In this document: in pieces, positions 36,431 to 45,225 of the stretch
Layout of the letters: every line of letters begins with the position of its first letter
Numbering within the stretch: position 1 is the stretch's first letter
Assembly (NCBI GenBank): GCA_002457555.1
Contig: NTJQ01000002.1
Coordinates: 64,122 to 128,121 of the forward strand
Direction of reading: 5' to 3'
Source: Marine Group II euryarchaeote MED-G37
GTDB taxonomy: Archaea > Thermoplasmatota > Poseidoniia > Poseidoniales > Thalassarchaeaceae
Length of the DNA: 64,000 bases
The notes under the pieces: generated by a model
Databases searched by the model: none
Told to the model about the DNA's origin: nothing
What the model saw: the letters and a program-made list of their open reading frames with translations, nothing else
Position numbers and translations under genes: made by a program

Positions 36431-36802
36431 ATGGTAGGAGAGCGCCCAGAACCTGTAATCCTTAAGCAAGGAACTAAATCGGATCGAAGTTTAGGGTCAC
36501 TTTCCCATATTTTAGGACCCTTTGTAGGATTCTTAGCACCTTTGATAATTTACATAGTAAAGAATGATGAAGCGAGTCAAAATGATCCTCTCCTTTCTTC
36601 TCATCTGAAAGAAGCTCTCAATGCTTCCATTACTTTCCTGATAGCTTCATTTATCCATGGTATTTTGACGATAGTTTTGATTGGTTGTTTGACCCTATTA
36701 GTTCATTGGATTCTCTACATAATTTGGGCATTCAACGCTAACTCAGCACTCCAAGCAGGTCAAGAATATCGATATCCTTTCACATTTCGGTTTCTTGATT
36801 AG
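36431..36802 (+). CDS. DUF4870-like small membrane protein
   Basis: The 123-aa protein has 3-4 TM helices and the block SSHLKEALNASITFLI, which resembles the family's H.KEALNFQIT motif. Confidence 0.5.
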   Translation: MVGERPEPVILKQGTKSDRSLGSLSHILGPFVGFLAPLIIYIVKNDEASQNDPLLSSHLKEALNASITFLIASFIHGILTIVLIGCLTLLVHWILYIIWAFNANSALQAGQEYRYPFTFRFLD

Positions 36803-37275
36803 CGCATAGCATCTCTTGCTCGCTGTGCTTGAGCCCAGAGTTCTTTCTCTTCGTCGCTGGTTGTAGTGAATTGAGGAACTTCCACTGGTTGCATCGAGCC
36901 ATCGATTGCAACCATGAAAAAGAATCCAGAACAAATCTCCTCAGGATCCCAATTTGACCGTGTCATTCTGCATGACCTCACCAAGACTCCAACGGTCCTT
37001 CGACTGGTCCAGACAACCCTTGCTATTGTTCTAATTACATCGCCTTGGTAAGCGGGTCTCTTGAATTTCAATGCATCAACCGAGACAGTTACAAATTCAT
37101 TGTGAGCGAATTGGCTAGCCGCCATTCCAGCGGCCGTATCCATAATTGACATCAAGCGACCTCCAAATAGCGTATCTAGGGCATTTGTATCTCCAGGAAA
37201 TACCTCATTCAGTAGCACAACGGGTTCAGAGGAGCGCGGTTCAGCCATCTCTCTCAGATATGGCCGCACACTCAC
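36799..37275 (-). CDS. Acyl-CoA thioesterase (hotdog fold, YciA/BFIT type)
   Basis: The block NALDTLFGGRLMSIMDTAAGMAA is followed by FVTVSVDALKFKRP, typical of this family. The track start is GTG, with an alternative ATG at 37248. Confidence 0.75.
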   Translation of the reverse strand: MSVRPYLREMAEPRSSEPVVLLNEVFPGDTNALDTLFGGRLMSIMDTAAGMAASQFAHNEFVTVSVDALKFKRPAYQGDVIRTIARVVWTSRRTVGVLVRSCRMTRSNWDPEEICSGFFFMVAIDGSMQPVEVPQFTTTSDEEKELWAQAQRARDAMR

Positions 37276-37341
37276 CCTCCTTCAAACCAACCACCATCCG
37301 ATGGGCTCTGAAAGCGGTTATTTGACCGTTCAAGTCAAGCC

Positions 37342-38172
37342 ATGCAGACGTTTCGGGATACTATGAGCGCAGCTAAATTGGCTTGGGAACCGGTAATTTT
37401 CGATGATCCGGATGGCGGTAGAGTTCTGCTCTGGCCTCACCTACCCTGTGTACGTATGCCAACTGTACTCCGAACTAGGGGACATTTTGACGGAATTGCT
37501 CTATTGGCCTCCGAGGATGAAATCAGAGGGTGGCCACAAGAGGAAAAGGAAGACCATGAAAGCCCTGGAGTACATGTGGCTGCTGCTATGGCTTCTGGCA
37601 CAGTTCTTGGCCGTCTATTGGATGACTTAACAATCTACGAAATTGATGGCCCAACAATCCCAGATCCAGAACCTATGAGATTACTACATCACGCAAATAA
37701 TGCTCGTGGAGGTCTACCAGTATACGCATTGGAACCTTCTATGGAAGACGAGGAGTGGGTAGATTGGATGACTCGTGCTGCCGATGAGCAGGTGTCTATT
37801 TCCTCTCTAATTTCTAGCATTACAATTGGTAGGCGTTGGAAAAAATTACGAAGCTCAAACGCAAGTCGTGTTGAGGCTGCAAAGGGAGTAGATGCTGAAT
37901 TAGGTGCTGCTGCAGCCTCTAGCGCAACATGGTGGCAAGAGGAAAACAAAGGCCTTACTGCTGAATTAATCTCTGAACGATCATCTCGAATTGTCTCTAG
38001 AATTAGAGGCGCTCTTGCAGACCTTAGAGAGGGTAGAGTTGATGACTCCAATACAACAGGACCATCCCTGATGATTCCGGTCCATCAACCACGGCTGCCC
38101 TCGCTATTGGTGGCCTTCGATGGCTGTCCAGATTCCGAAACCATACAACCGATGCAAACTGAGGAGGCCTAG
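37342..38172 (+). CDS. Hypothetical acidic protein (first gene of the TBP-like/TatD-like operon)
   Basis: The protein is 276 aa and I recognise no motif. Its stop lies 2 nt before the next gene's start. Confidence 0.5.
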   Translation: MQTFRDTMSAAKLAWEPVIFDDPDGGRVLLWPHLPCVRMPTVLRTRGHFDGIALLASEDEIRGWPQEEKEDHESPGVHVAAAMASGTVLGRLLDDLTIYEIDGPTIPDPEPMRLLHHANNARGGLPVYALEPSMEDEEWVDWMTRAADEQVSISSLISSITIGRRWKKLRSSNASRVEAAKGVDAELGAAAASSATWWQEENKGLTAELISERSSRIVSRIRGALADLREGRVDDSNTTGPSLMIPVHQPRLPSLLVAFDGCPDSETIQPMQTEEA

Positions 38173-38174
38173 TT

Positions 38175-38705
38175 TTGGATGAAGATGTTAGGATTAGGGT
38201 CAATGTTGAGACTCAAACATTCCGCTTCATTCCAGGCAAACCCATTAGCCATGACGATGCAGTTAGACTTGCGAAGGGAATCAAGTCTGGACCATGGGTT
38301 GTGATTAGTCACAAGGAACCTAGGGCAACCTTCGTTGTCGAAGATTCAGGTAGTGTTTTAGTTCATGGAATTGCCAGATTGGAAGTTGCTCGTTTGGTCA
38401 TGCAAGAACTCCTACTAAGCCTCGGAATGTCCGAAGAAGGATTGCACTCAGAAGCAGGAGATATGCTGGTCAGTTTCTCATTTGGTCGAGCGGTTCTACT
38501 AGACTTGGCAGCGGCCCGATTTGCAGATGTAGAAAAAGATCAGCGAGTCAGTTGCATTCGCATAGATGCAAATAGACACAACTGCAATCTTCTGGTATTC
38601 AATAACGGTCACGGAGTTGTAACCGGGCAATCCTCCAAACGAGTCGCCGAGATGGCAGTTCGCCATTGGGCCGCTCAGTTAGACGAGGAAGGCGCATTGG
38701 CATGA
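38175..38705 (+). CDS. Divergent TBP-fold (TATA-binding-protein-like) two-repeat protein
   Basis: At 176 aa it is TBP-sized. It has two internal repeats that each end in a strand-turn-helix, ATFVVEDSGSVLVHGIARLEVARLVMQEL and CNLLVFNNGHGVVTGQSSKRVAEMAVRHW, comparable to the TBP block LLIFSSGK.V.TGAKS.E....A. The second repeat starts MLVSFSFGRAVLLDLAAARF, comparable to TBP's NMVFSGDIGREFNLD. The start is TTG. Confidence 0.45.
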   Translation: MDEDVRIRVNVETQTFRFIPGKPISHDDAVRLAKGIKSGPWVVISHKEPRATFVVEDSGSVLVHGIARLEVARLVMQELLLSLGMSEEGLHSEAGDMLVSFSFGRAVLLDLAAARFADVEKDQRVSCIRIDANRHNCNLLVFNNGHGVVTGQSSKRVAEMAVRHWAAQLDEEGALA

Positions 38706-39595
38706 GCTTCATCGTCGACGGGCACTGGACAGGCCCTGTCGTCGATCAACATATCCATTTAGATCGCTCGAACCGATATCTTTCAGCAATAGAAGAATTT
38801 GTTCGGGTTGGCGGAACTGGAATAATGTTGGTTCACAAACCAGGATTTAGTGGAGCGTTACCTCTAGACAAAGAAGGCTATCGTAAAGCATATTCTGAAA
38901 CTATTTCGATGGCAGATGAGGTTAGAGAAAAATTTGCAATTAAGGTCGGAGTTGTACTCGGCCCCCACCCAGTTGCTTGGGAACGTCAAATATCTGAGTT
39001 GGGGATAGATCGGGCTAGCGAATTACATCTTGAATCTGTTGACCTCGCTCTAGATTTAATTGAGCAAGGAAAGGCACACTGCTTAGGGGAAGTCGGAAGA
39101 CCACATTACGAAGTTAGCGAGGAAACATGGTCGAAAGCAAATGAAAACCTATCGCAAATTATGGCTGAAGCCGCAATTTCGAAAATACCGATTCAACTAC
39201 ACGTTGAGGATGCTGGCTTACAAACCTACTCTGAAATTTCTCAAATGGCAATTCAGGCAGGCTTGCCTCTTTCCCAAACCATCAGGCATTACGCCCCACC
39301 AAATGTCTCTTCCGATTTCACCCATGGTCTAGCCTGTACTGTCAGCGTTGGTCGAGGAAGTGTGGAAGGATTAGTGTCGACTTATGCAAATGCCTCAGCA
39401 TCATGGGGCATGGAAACCGATTTCCTGGACGATCCTCGGCGACCCGGTGCTGTTCTTGGACCCAAAACAATCCCCAAAAGAACAAATGAATTATGTTCTG
39501 CTCTGCTTGCCGAAAATAATCCAAATGATGTTGAAAATTTGCTCTTTAAAATACATTCAGAATGGCCAAGCAAATTATACGGTATAGAATTTTAA
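38702..39595 (+). CDS. TatD-related metal-dependent hydrolase (TIM-barrel amidohydrolase superfamily)
   Basis: The HxH motif VDQHIHLD is followed by the later blocks GEVGRPH and IQLHVED. The ATG at 38702 overlaps the upstream stop (ATGA). Confidence 0.65.
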   Translation: MSFIVDGHWTGPVVDQHIHLDRSNRYLSAIEEFVRVGGTGIMLVHKPGFSGALPLDKEGYRKAYSETISMADEVREKFAIKVGVVLGPHPVAWERQISELGIDRASELHLESVDLALDLIEQGKAHCLGEVGRPHYEVSEETWSKANENLSQIMAEAAISKIPIQLHVEDAGLQTYSEISQMAIQAGLPLSQTIRHYAPPNVSSDFTHGLACTVSVGRGSVEGLVSTYANASASWGMETDFLDDPRRPGAVLGPKTIPKRTNELCSALLAENNPNDVENLLFKIHSEWPSKLYGIEF

Positions 39596-39816
39596 TTGCC
39601 TCTGTCAAAAGGAGACTTTAGTTCCGGAGTAAATGTCAACATACCCCCCAAAACAAAAAATCCCAGGAATCCGAAGAATAGTTGTAAATCACCCCAAGGT
39701 AGGCTGTTATCTAGTAATTCAAAGACCATCTTCCAAAGTGGTACATTGATTGGTAAAAAGATGAATAACATCGCTATACCAAGTCTCTGCCTTAGAAGCA
39801 TAAGAAGGCGAAGCAT
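39592..39816 (-). CDS. Small hypothetical membrane protein
   Basis: The 74-aa protein has two hydrophobic helices and overlaps its convergent neighbour by 4 nt. Confidence 0.35.
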   Translation of the reverse strand: MLRLLMLLRQRLGIAMLFIFLPINVPLWKMVFELLDNSLPWGDLQLFFGFLGFFVLGGMLTFTPELKSPFDRGN

Positions 39817-39900
39817 CCTTCCCTTTTGAAATTCAGCGGTCGATGTGGCTAAATTGATACACCGAATCGGTCAAAGACTAGTCCTCTTTCGGCGGGTTGC

Positions 39901-39974
39901 GCGTTCGTGGTGTAGGGGTAGCACAAGAGGTTTCCAACCTCTTTGCCCGGGTTCAAATCCCGGCGAGCGCACCA
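39901..39974 (+). tRNA. tRNA-Gly (anticodon TCC), CCA encoded
   Basis: The sequence reads GCGTTCG-TG-GTGT..-AGAGG-TTTCCAA-CCTCT-..-CCGGG-TTCAAAT-CCCGG-CGAGCGC-A-CCA. The acceptor stem has 7 bp including one G-T pair. Confidence 0.9.
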
Positions 39975-39990
39975 AACAACTCAAGATAGT

Positions 39991-40013
39991 CGTGCAGACC
40001 GTAGGTCTGCACG
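39991..40013 (+). terminator. Perfect 10-bp hairpin CGTGCAGACC-GTA-GGTCTGCACG downstream of the tRNA
   Basis: It lies 17 nt after the tRNA 3' end and 28 nt before the ABC transporter ATG. No T-tract follows it. Its role as a terminator or an operator is uncertain. Confidence 0.4.
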
Positions 40014-40040
40014 CTTGTGAAGCATTCATAGGTCGGCGAC

Positions 40041-41942
40041 ATGAGGGTTTGGTCAATGACGCAGGCTATGGCGGTTGGCATCGCCCGAGATTCCTCAGAC
40101 ACAGAGGATGAGACACAAATAGTCGGACGCCAAATCTGGAAAATCTTTCCCTATGTGACTCGCTATTGGCAAAGAGCAGTGGGCGGGATAGTTGCGAACA
40201 TTGGCGCTCGAGCATTTGATCTGATTCCATTCATTGCAATCGGAATGGCTGCGGATTATTACAATCCGAATAATTCCCAGTTCACAAATTCGATTATAGA
40301 AAAAATAGTCACATCAAATTCGATTCCTGAGGTTGGCCCAATCGGTTCAGTAGAACTGGGTTTTGGAATTTTAATTTTCATCTGCTTTGCAGCCTTGTCT
40401 ATTTTCCAAGGTTTAAGCAACCAATTATGGCAATCTGTTGCATACAAAGCTCAACATGACATCAGAATGGATGCGACCAAGTCATTGATGGAAATGGAAG
40501 CGTCCTATTTCGAGACTAGACAAACTGGAAATTTGATGTCGGTGCTTTCAGCAGATGTTGCTCAATTAGAGGATGTAATATCAGATTCAAGCACTAGTAT
40601 AATTAGAATTGTTACGACATTTATTACCGCCTTTACGATTTTATTTTGGATGTCTCCTACCCTTTCAATAATCCTCTTCGCACCACTAGTTTTGATTGTA
40701 CCAATGGTAATTTGGTTCTCTACAAGAGTTCAAAGGAAGTATCGTAAACAACGTGAAAGCACAGGAGGGATTGTTGCTATCCTAGAGAATGTTCTTTCGG
40801 GTATCACTGTGGTTCAAGCCTACAACGCAACAGCCTTCGAAAGAGAAAGAATAGATGGTCAGAGTGGCGATTATAGAGATCAAGCAATCCAAGCCGCATT
40901 TATCAGAAACCGCTTCATCCCGGGAATTTATGTTGTTGCAGGAATTTCATTTGGACTTCTAGTTTCAGCCGGTGGCTGGGTAATGAGCTCCGGAGAAATC
41001 AGCGTTGGACAATTCGTCACCTTCCTATTGATTTCCACAAGGATGACAATGCCGATGTTCATTCTAGGAATGTTGCTTAACCAATTACAGAAAGGCGAGG
41101 CCGCTTCACGCAGAGTATTTGCAATCATAGATCTTGAACCCTCAATATCAGATTCAGATGATGCTAAAGACTTGGATGAACCAATCATTACAGTTTCATT
41201 CGATTCCGTAACTTTTGCATATCCAAGTACATCGGTCAATGTGTTAAACAATGTTTCTTTCAGAGTCGATTCAGGGGGCTTCCTAGGAATTATGGGCCAC
41301 ACAGGAGCAGGAAAATCAACAATTCTGAAATTAGTTGAAAAATTCTACCAACCTCAATCAGGTCAGGTTAAAATCAATGGCAAAGACATATCAGAATTCA
41401 CAATACATTCAGTTCGCTCACGAATTGGATTTGTCAGCCAGGATCCATTCCTATTTTTTGGAACAGTCAGAGACAACGTAGCCTATGCTCGCGAAGCTAG
41501 TGATAATGATGTAAAGATGGCACTTGTAACGGCTGGTGCTTGGGAATTTGTTGCAGAAATGGAGGATGGGATGAATACCATGGTGGGCGACAGAGGGGTC
41601 AGACTTTCCGGCGGTCAACGTGCTAGAATTAGCCTCGCCCGAGCTCTCCTAATGAATCCTGATGTTCTGATTTTAGACGAGGCGAGTGCGGCTCTAGATG
41701 CAGAGACGGAGAAGAGAATTCAGCAATCACTATTCGGAGGAGGAAGTGGTTCTAATGGGAAAAAGAGAATCACCATCGGTGTTGCTCACCGATTGGCAAC
41801 AATTCGAAACGCTGAAGAGATTATTTCCATGGTTGATGGGGCGATTGTTGAACGCGGCACTCATCAGGAGTTACTTGGCAATGACAGTGTCTATGCCTCA
41901 CAGTGGGCAATCCAAACCGGCCAAATTGATTCAGAGGATTGA
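40041..41942 (+). CDS. ABC exporter, fused permease/ATPase (MsbA/MDR type)
   Basis: A six-helix N-terminal TMD is followed by Walker A GHTGAGKST, the signature LSGGQRARISLARAL and Walker B LILDEASAALD. Confidence 0.85.
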   Translation: MRVWSMTQAMAVGIARDSSDTEDETQIVGRQIWKIFPYVTRYWQRAVGGIVANIGARAFDLIPFIAIGMAADYYNPNNSQFTNSIIEKIVTSNSIPEVGPIGSVELGFGILIFICFAALSIFQGLSNQLWQSVAYKAQHDIRMDATKSLMEMEASYFETRQTGNLMSVLSADVAQLEDVISDSSTSIIRIVTTFITAFTILFWMSPTLSIILFAPLVLIVPMVIWFSTRVQRKYRKQRESTGGIVAILENVLSGITVVQAYNATAFERERIDGQSGDYRDQAIQAAFIRNRFIPGIYVVAGISFGLLVSAGGWVMSSGEISVGQFVTFLLISTRMTMPMFILGMLLNQLQKGEAASRRVFAIIDLEPSISDSDDAKDLDEPIITVSFDSVTFAYPSTSVNVLNNVSFRVDSGGFLGIMGHTGAGKSTILKLVEKFYQPQSGQVKINGKDISEFTIHSVRSRIGFVSQDPFLFFGTVRDNVAYAREASDNDVKMALVTAGAWEFVAEMEDGMNTMVGDRGVRLSGGQRARISLARALLMNPDVLILDEASAALDAETEKRIQQSLFGGGSGSNGKKRITIGVAHRLATIRNAEEIISMVDGAIVERGTHQELLGNDSVYASQWAIQTGQIDSED

Positions 41943-41944
41943 GT

Positions 41945-42664
41945 ATGTCCGTCGAATGGGTCCCCGTTGTCCCGGGGAGGGCCGAGATTGGAAGTGATAA
42001 TCGTTCAATCTTATTCGGGGGGATCGGACCAAAACATATGGTTGAGATAAGGCATCGATATTCAATCTCTAAGCATCCAGTAGCAATCTCAGAGGCTGAA
42101 AAATTACTCGATTCAAAAGAAGCAAGTTTAGCCAGTGAGTCAGAATGGAAACTGGCCTTAGATCAAGGAGCAATATTTGGAGATAAAGAGATTGAGAAAC
42201 TTTCAGATTGTTGCAAAGGATATTACTGGGGTAAAGCACTGGATGGGCGGTCTTATTCAGAGGATGATTGGACTTTCCATATTGCAAAACAATGGTCTTC
42301 AGGCAAACCAACTACCAGACTATTAGCAAAAGGTTCAAAGGAAACAAAATTTGTTCGGCTAGTTAAGGTAGAAGATATTACTGAATATATCACAAATCCA
42401 CAGAGATTACCTCCTAATGGGGACACTGCAAGGATACTGAAGGAAGAAATTCTAATCGCTCTATTCGTCGGAATCATCCCTTCATTTGTTTGGGCTTACT
42501 TCAACGCGAGTGAAGGATACATCCAAACAGGCTGGCCTGGATTGGTTTTTGGTGGATTAATCTTGGGCTTATTCTCAATGATTTTCTGGCGTCCGAAAAC
42601 CACTTCCTATCGACTAGGTAGAAATTGTGGGATGGTCAAACCAAACCGTGGTAAGTTACTGTGA
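41945..42664 (+). CDS. Hypothetical membrane protein (soluble N-domain plus 2 C-terminal TM)
   Basis: I prefer the ATG at 41945 over the track's TTG. The N-terminus WVPVVPGRAEIGS is faintly reminiscent of FGE/SUMF-type domains. Two hydrophobic helices lie near the C-terminus. Confidence 0.45.
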   Translation: MSVEWVPVVPGRAEIGSDNRSILFGGIGPKHMVEIRHRYSISKHPVAISEAEKLLDSKEASLASESEWKLALDQGAIFGDKEIEKLSDCCKGYYWGKALDGRSYSEDDWTFHIAKQWSSGKPTTRLLAKGSKETKFVRLVKVEDITEYITNPQRLPPNGDTARILKEEILIALFVGIIPSFVWAYFNASEGYIQTGWPGLVFGGLILGLFSMIFWRPKTTSYRLGRNCGMVKPNRGKLL

Positions 42665-44017
42665 TATCATCAAATTGTATCTACAGAATTCGTCTTCATC
42701 ATCGGATCCAACCCTACGGACTAACACACCACTTTCGGAATTGTATCTTTCTGTCAGGGCACCTTCAATAATCCCGTCATCGAGTGCCCATAGCGGAAGA
42801 CTCTCAGAATCTGATGAGTTATTCGAAAGTTCTACTTTAATATGGAATTCAGGGTCTAAATCGTAACTGAGTTTTCCAAGTCCTGCATATTCCCACCAGT
42901 CCATCATCTCATTTAGGAATTCGATATTTCCGTCGATATCCTTCAGACTAAATGCTAATTCTTGACCGATCCGATTACCGACTTGTCGAAGCAGAGATGT
43001 TAGTTCGATTCCGAATGCACTGAGGCTCTGAATCCCTCCGGTTTCTAGAGCTCTTCGTGCCTCATTAACCTCTAATCCAGAGGCCATGAATGCATCAGGA
43101 TTGAATGGAGTGTCGGTTTCTGGAAGATTATCGTTTATTTCCAAGACTTCACGAATTCTCTCAAGGAAAGACATACTATCGAGAGTTAGTTTCAGGGGGT
43201 CGACAATCTTCTCTTCGGTGAATCTCTTTGATGCGGTATCGAAAGGAATTGCCTCTTCCCAAATTGCGTCGATTAAATTCAATTGAGATTCTGCGAAGGT
43301 TTCTGACTCGACAAATAATGCAGCATCCTCTTTTCCTCTTCCCACAGGATTTTCTTCCATTGTAAGGTACTGTATGACCTCTGTTGAATCTACCACCGCA
43401 CCCTGAGCGTCTAAGTCATCTGAGTGCTTTACCTCAATTAGATCATGCAAATCTCCATAGAATCTCGTAGTTCTTTTGTCCAATTGAGCAAGAACACGGA
43501 TTAGAATCCCTCTTTCTGCAGCTGAATTAACTTCAGCAAGTGCAGGATTTCTGCATAGTTGCAATATTCCAAATTTTCCTAAAACTAAGGTAAGCCTCTC
43601 ATCGGCATCCTCTGCCATTTTTTCTAATCTCTTTAGTATGTGTACTCTTTCTTTGAGTACTGCGAATTTAGGTTCATCCAAAATTCTCTCCTGCTCAAAA
43701 GAAGAAGTCTTTTTTCCTGAGATCAAGTTATCATAACTTTCTTCCATTCGGCTAAGTTGTTCCTTATTGATTTCAATCAAATGAGATACTACCTCGTTTA
43801 TCGAAGGGCTTGAAAATCTCATTGGGCGATCAGCGGTTGAGGTAACGATACCAATTCGTTGTAACCTTTCCAGAGAGTTGTATGCGTCTAGTCTAGTTGT
43901 ACCTATTTTTTTTGCGATCTCACTCGCCTTCAGATTTGGTGTACTGGACAATACCATCACAGTATTTACCTCTCTCTCTGAGAGGCCAGCATCCATCAGT
44001 AGTCGTTCCCAACTCAT
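42656..44017 (-). CDS. TrmB-family transcriptional regulator with a long C-terminal extension
   Basis: The N-terminal wHTH GLSEREVNTVMVLSSTPNLKASEIAKKIGTTRLDAYNSLERLQRIGIV is typical of TrmB. The remaining ~370 aa are acidic and I cannot assign them. Confidence 0.7.
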   Translation of the reverse strand: MSWERLLMDAGLSEREVNTVMVLSSTPNLKASEIAKKIGTTRLDAYNSLERLQRIGIVTSTADRPMRFSSPSINEVVSHLIEINKEQLSRMEESYDNLISGKKTSSFEQERILDEPKFAVLKERVHILKRLEKMAEDADERLTLVLGKFGILQLCRNPALAEVNSAAERGILIRVLAQLDKRTTRFYGDLHDLIEVKHSDDLDAQGAVVDSTEVIQYLTMEENPVGRGKEDAALFVESETFAESQLNLIDAIWEEAIPFDTASKRFTEEKIVDPLKLTLDSMSFLERIREVLEINDNLPETDTPFNPDAFMASGLEVNEARRALETGGIQSLSAFGIELTSLLRQVGNRIGQELAFSLKDIDGNIEFLNEMMDWWEYAGLGKLSYDLDPEFHIKVELSNNSSDSESLPLWALDDGIIEGALTERYNSESGVLVRRVGSDDEDEFCRYNLMISQ

Positions 44018-44021
44018 CGAA

Positions 44022-44483
44022 TCAACTCGTTACGCTACTGAGCGAGCGAAGAATCTTAGCCACGTGTTGACGAGGTCGAAATAGCCAATCGTAGACAAAG
44101 TGAATTTTGTTATCAGGACCAATAACAAAGGAGGACTTAGAAGGAAATCTTCCAAGATGGACTGGAACTCCGTAACTCTCAGCAATATTTCGGTCTGGAT
44201 CTGAAAGAAGGATAAATGGAAGTGCCAAATCTTCTTTGAATTTCTTGTGTTCGTCAACAGTATTTTGGCTTATACCGATGATTTCTGCAGGAGGCTCTAG
44301 GGAATTGAATATGTTGTACTGTTCCTTGAATGATAGACAACCTCTCTTGCAAGTCGGTGAACCATCTTCGGCGTAAAAGAACAGAACTTTCCAACGGCCA
44401 TCTAAATCGCTGAGACTGAACTCATCTCCCTCACTCGTCAGGGCCGAGAAGTCTGGTGCCGTTGTTCCCACTAGTGACTGCAT
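44022..44483 (-). CDS. bcp: Thiol peroxidase / peroxiredoxin (Bcp, AhpC-TSA family)
   Basis: APDFSA...KVLFFYAEDGSPTCKRGC places the peroxidatic Cys in the FYP.D.TP.C-like context. Length is 153 aa. Confidence 0.75.
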   Translation of the reverse strand: MQSLVGTTAPDFSALTSEGDEFSLSDLDGRWKVLFFYAEDGSPTCKRGCLSFKEQYNIFNSLEPPAEIIGISQNTVDEHKKFKEDLALPFILLSDPDRNIAESYGVPVHLGRFPSKSSFVIGPDNKIHFVYDWLFRPRQHVAKILRSLSSVTS

Positions 44484-44508
44484 AATGTGCTCCCCCTTGG
44501 ATTCTGAT

Positions 44509-45174
44509 TTAATCTAATTCTAGAAGATGCCCCATTCTAGCACCCTTGGTTGCGAGATACTGACTGTTGAAATTCGAGATTCCTGCTATGTGCTCGAGTC
44601 TTTGTTCTACCTCAATTCCATTTTCTCTCAATCCGTTTATCTTCAAGGGATTATTCGTCATCAACCGAATTTTACCGACGTCCAAATCTTTCAGCATCTC
44701 TGCTGCTACATCGTAGGTTCGCCCGTCTGCTGGCAAGCCTAGGAGCAGGTTAGCATCCAAGGTATCATGACCTTGATCTTGCAAGGCATAGGCTTGAATT
44801 TTGGAGTAAAGTCCGATGCCTCGACCTTCCTGGCGCAGGTAAATGATTGCTCCACATCCCTCTTCCTGAATCCTGCGCATTGCCGCCTGTAACTGAGGCC
44901 CACAATCGCACTTTAGTGAGCCGAATGCGTCTCCTGTAAGACATTCGGAATGGACCCTAATTAATGGAGTGTTATTGGGGTTAGAAATATCTCCAGTGTA
45001 AAGTGTAGTGTGTTCTTTTCCATCAGGTCCGACGAACACCCTGATTCTGAAATTTCCATACTCGGTTGGGAGAAAAGAATCGGACTCAATTGATAGAGGT
45101 CTAATATCGTCAATTTGTATAGTCATTCGATGGTCGGGTATCAGCATCGCCTTATCAAAGAATGTTTTTCCCAA
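44509..45174 (-). CDS. ribA: GTP cyclohydrolase II (RibA)
   Basis: RVHSECLTGDAFGSLKCDCGPQL (zinc Cys triad) is present, with YLRQEGRGIGL and a C-terminal NNP.K block. An alternative start lies at 45126. Confidence 0.85.
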   Translation of the reverse strand: MGKTFFDKAMLIPDHRMTIQIDDIRPLSIESDSFLPTEYGNFRIRVFVGPDGKEHTTLYTGDISNPNNTPLIRVHSECLTGDAFGSLKCDCGPQLQAAMRRIQEEGCGAIIYLRQEGRGIGLYSKIQAYALQDQGHDTLDANLLLGLPADGRTYDVAAEMLKDLDVGKIRLMTNNPLKINGLRENGIEVEQRLEHIAGISNFNSQYLATKGARMGHLLELD

Positions 45175-45225
45175 ATTTATTTCGTAAACACTCAGTTATA
45201 TAGCGCATGTTTGTCTTATGGCTCG

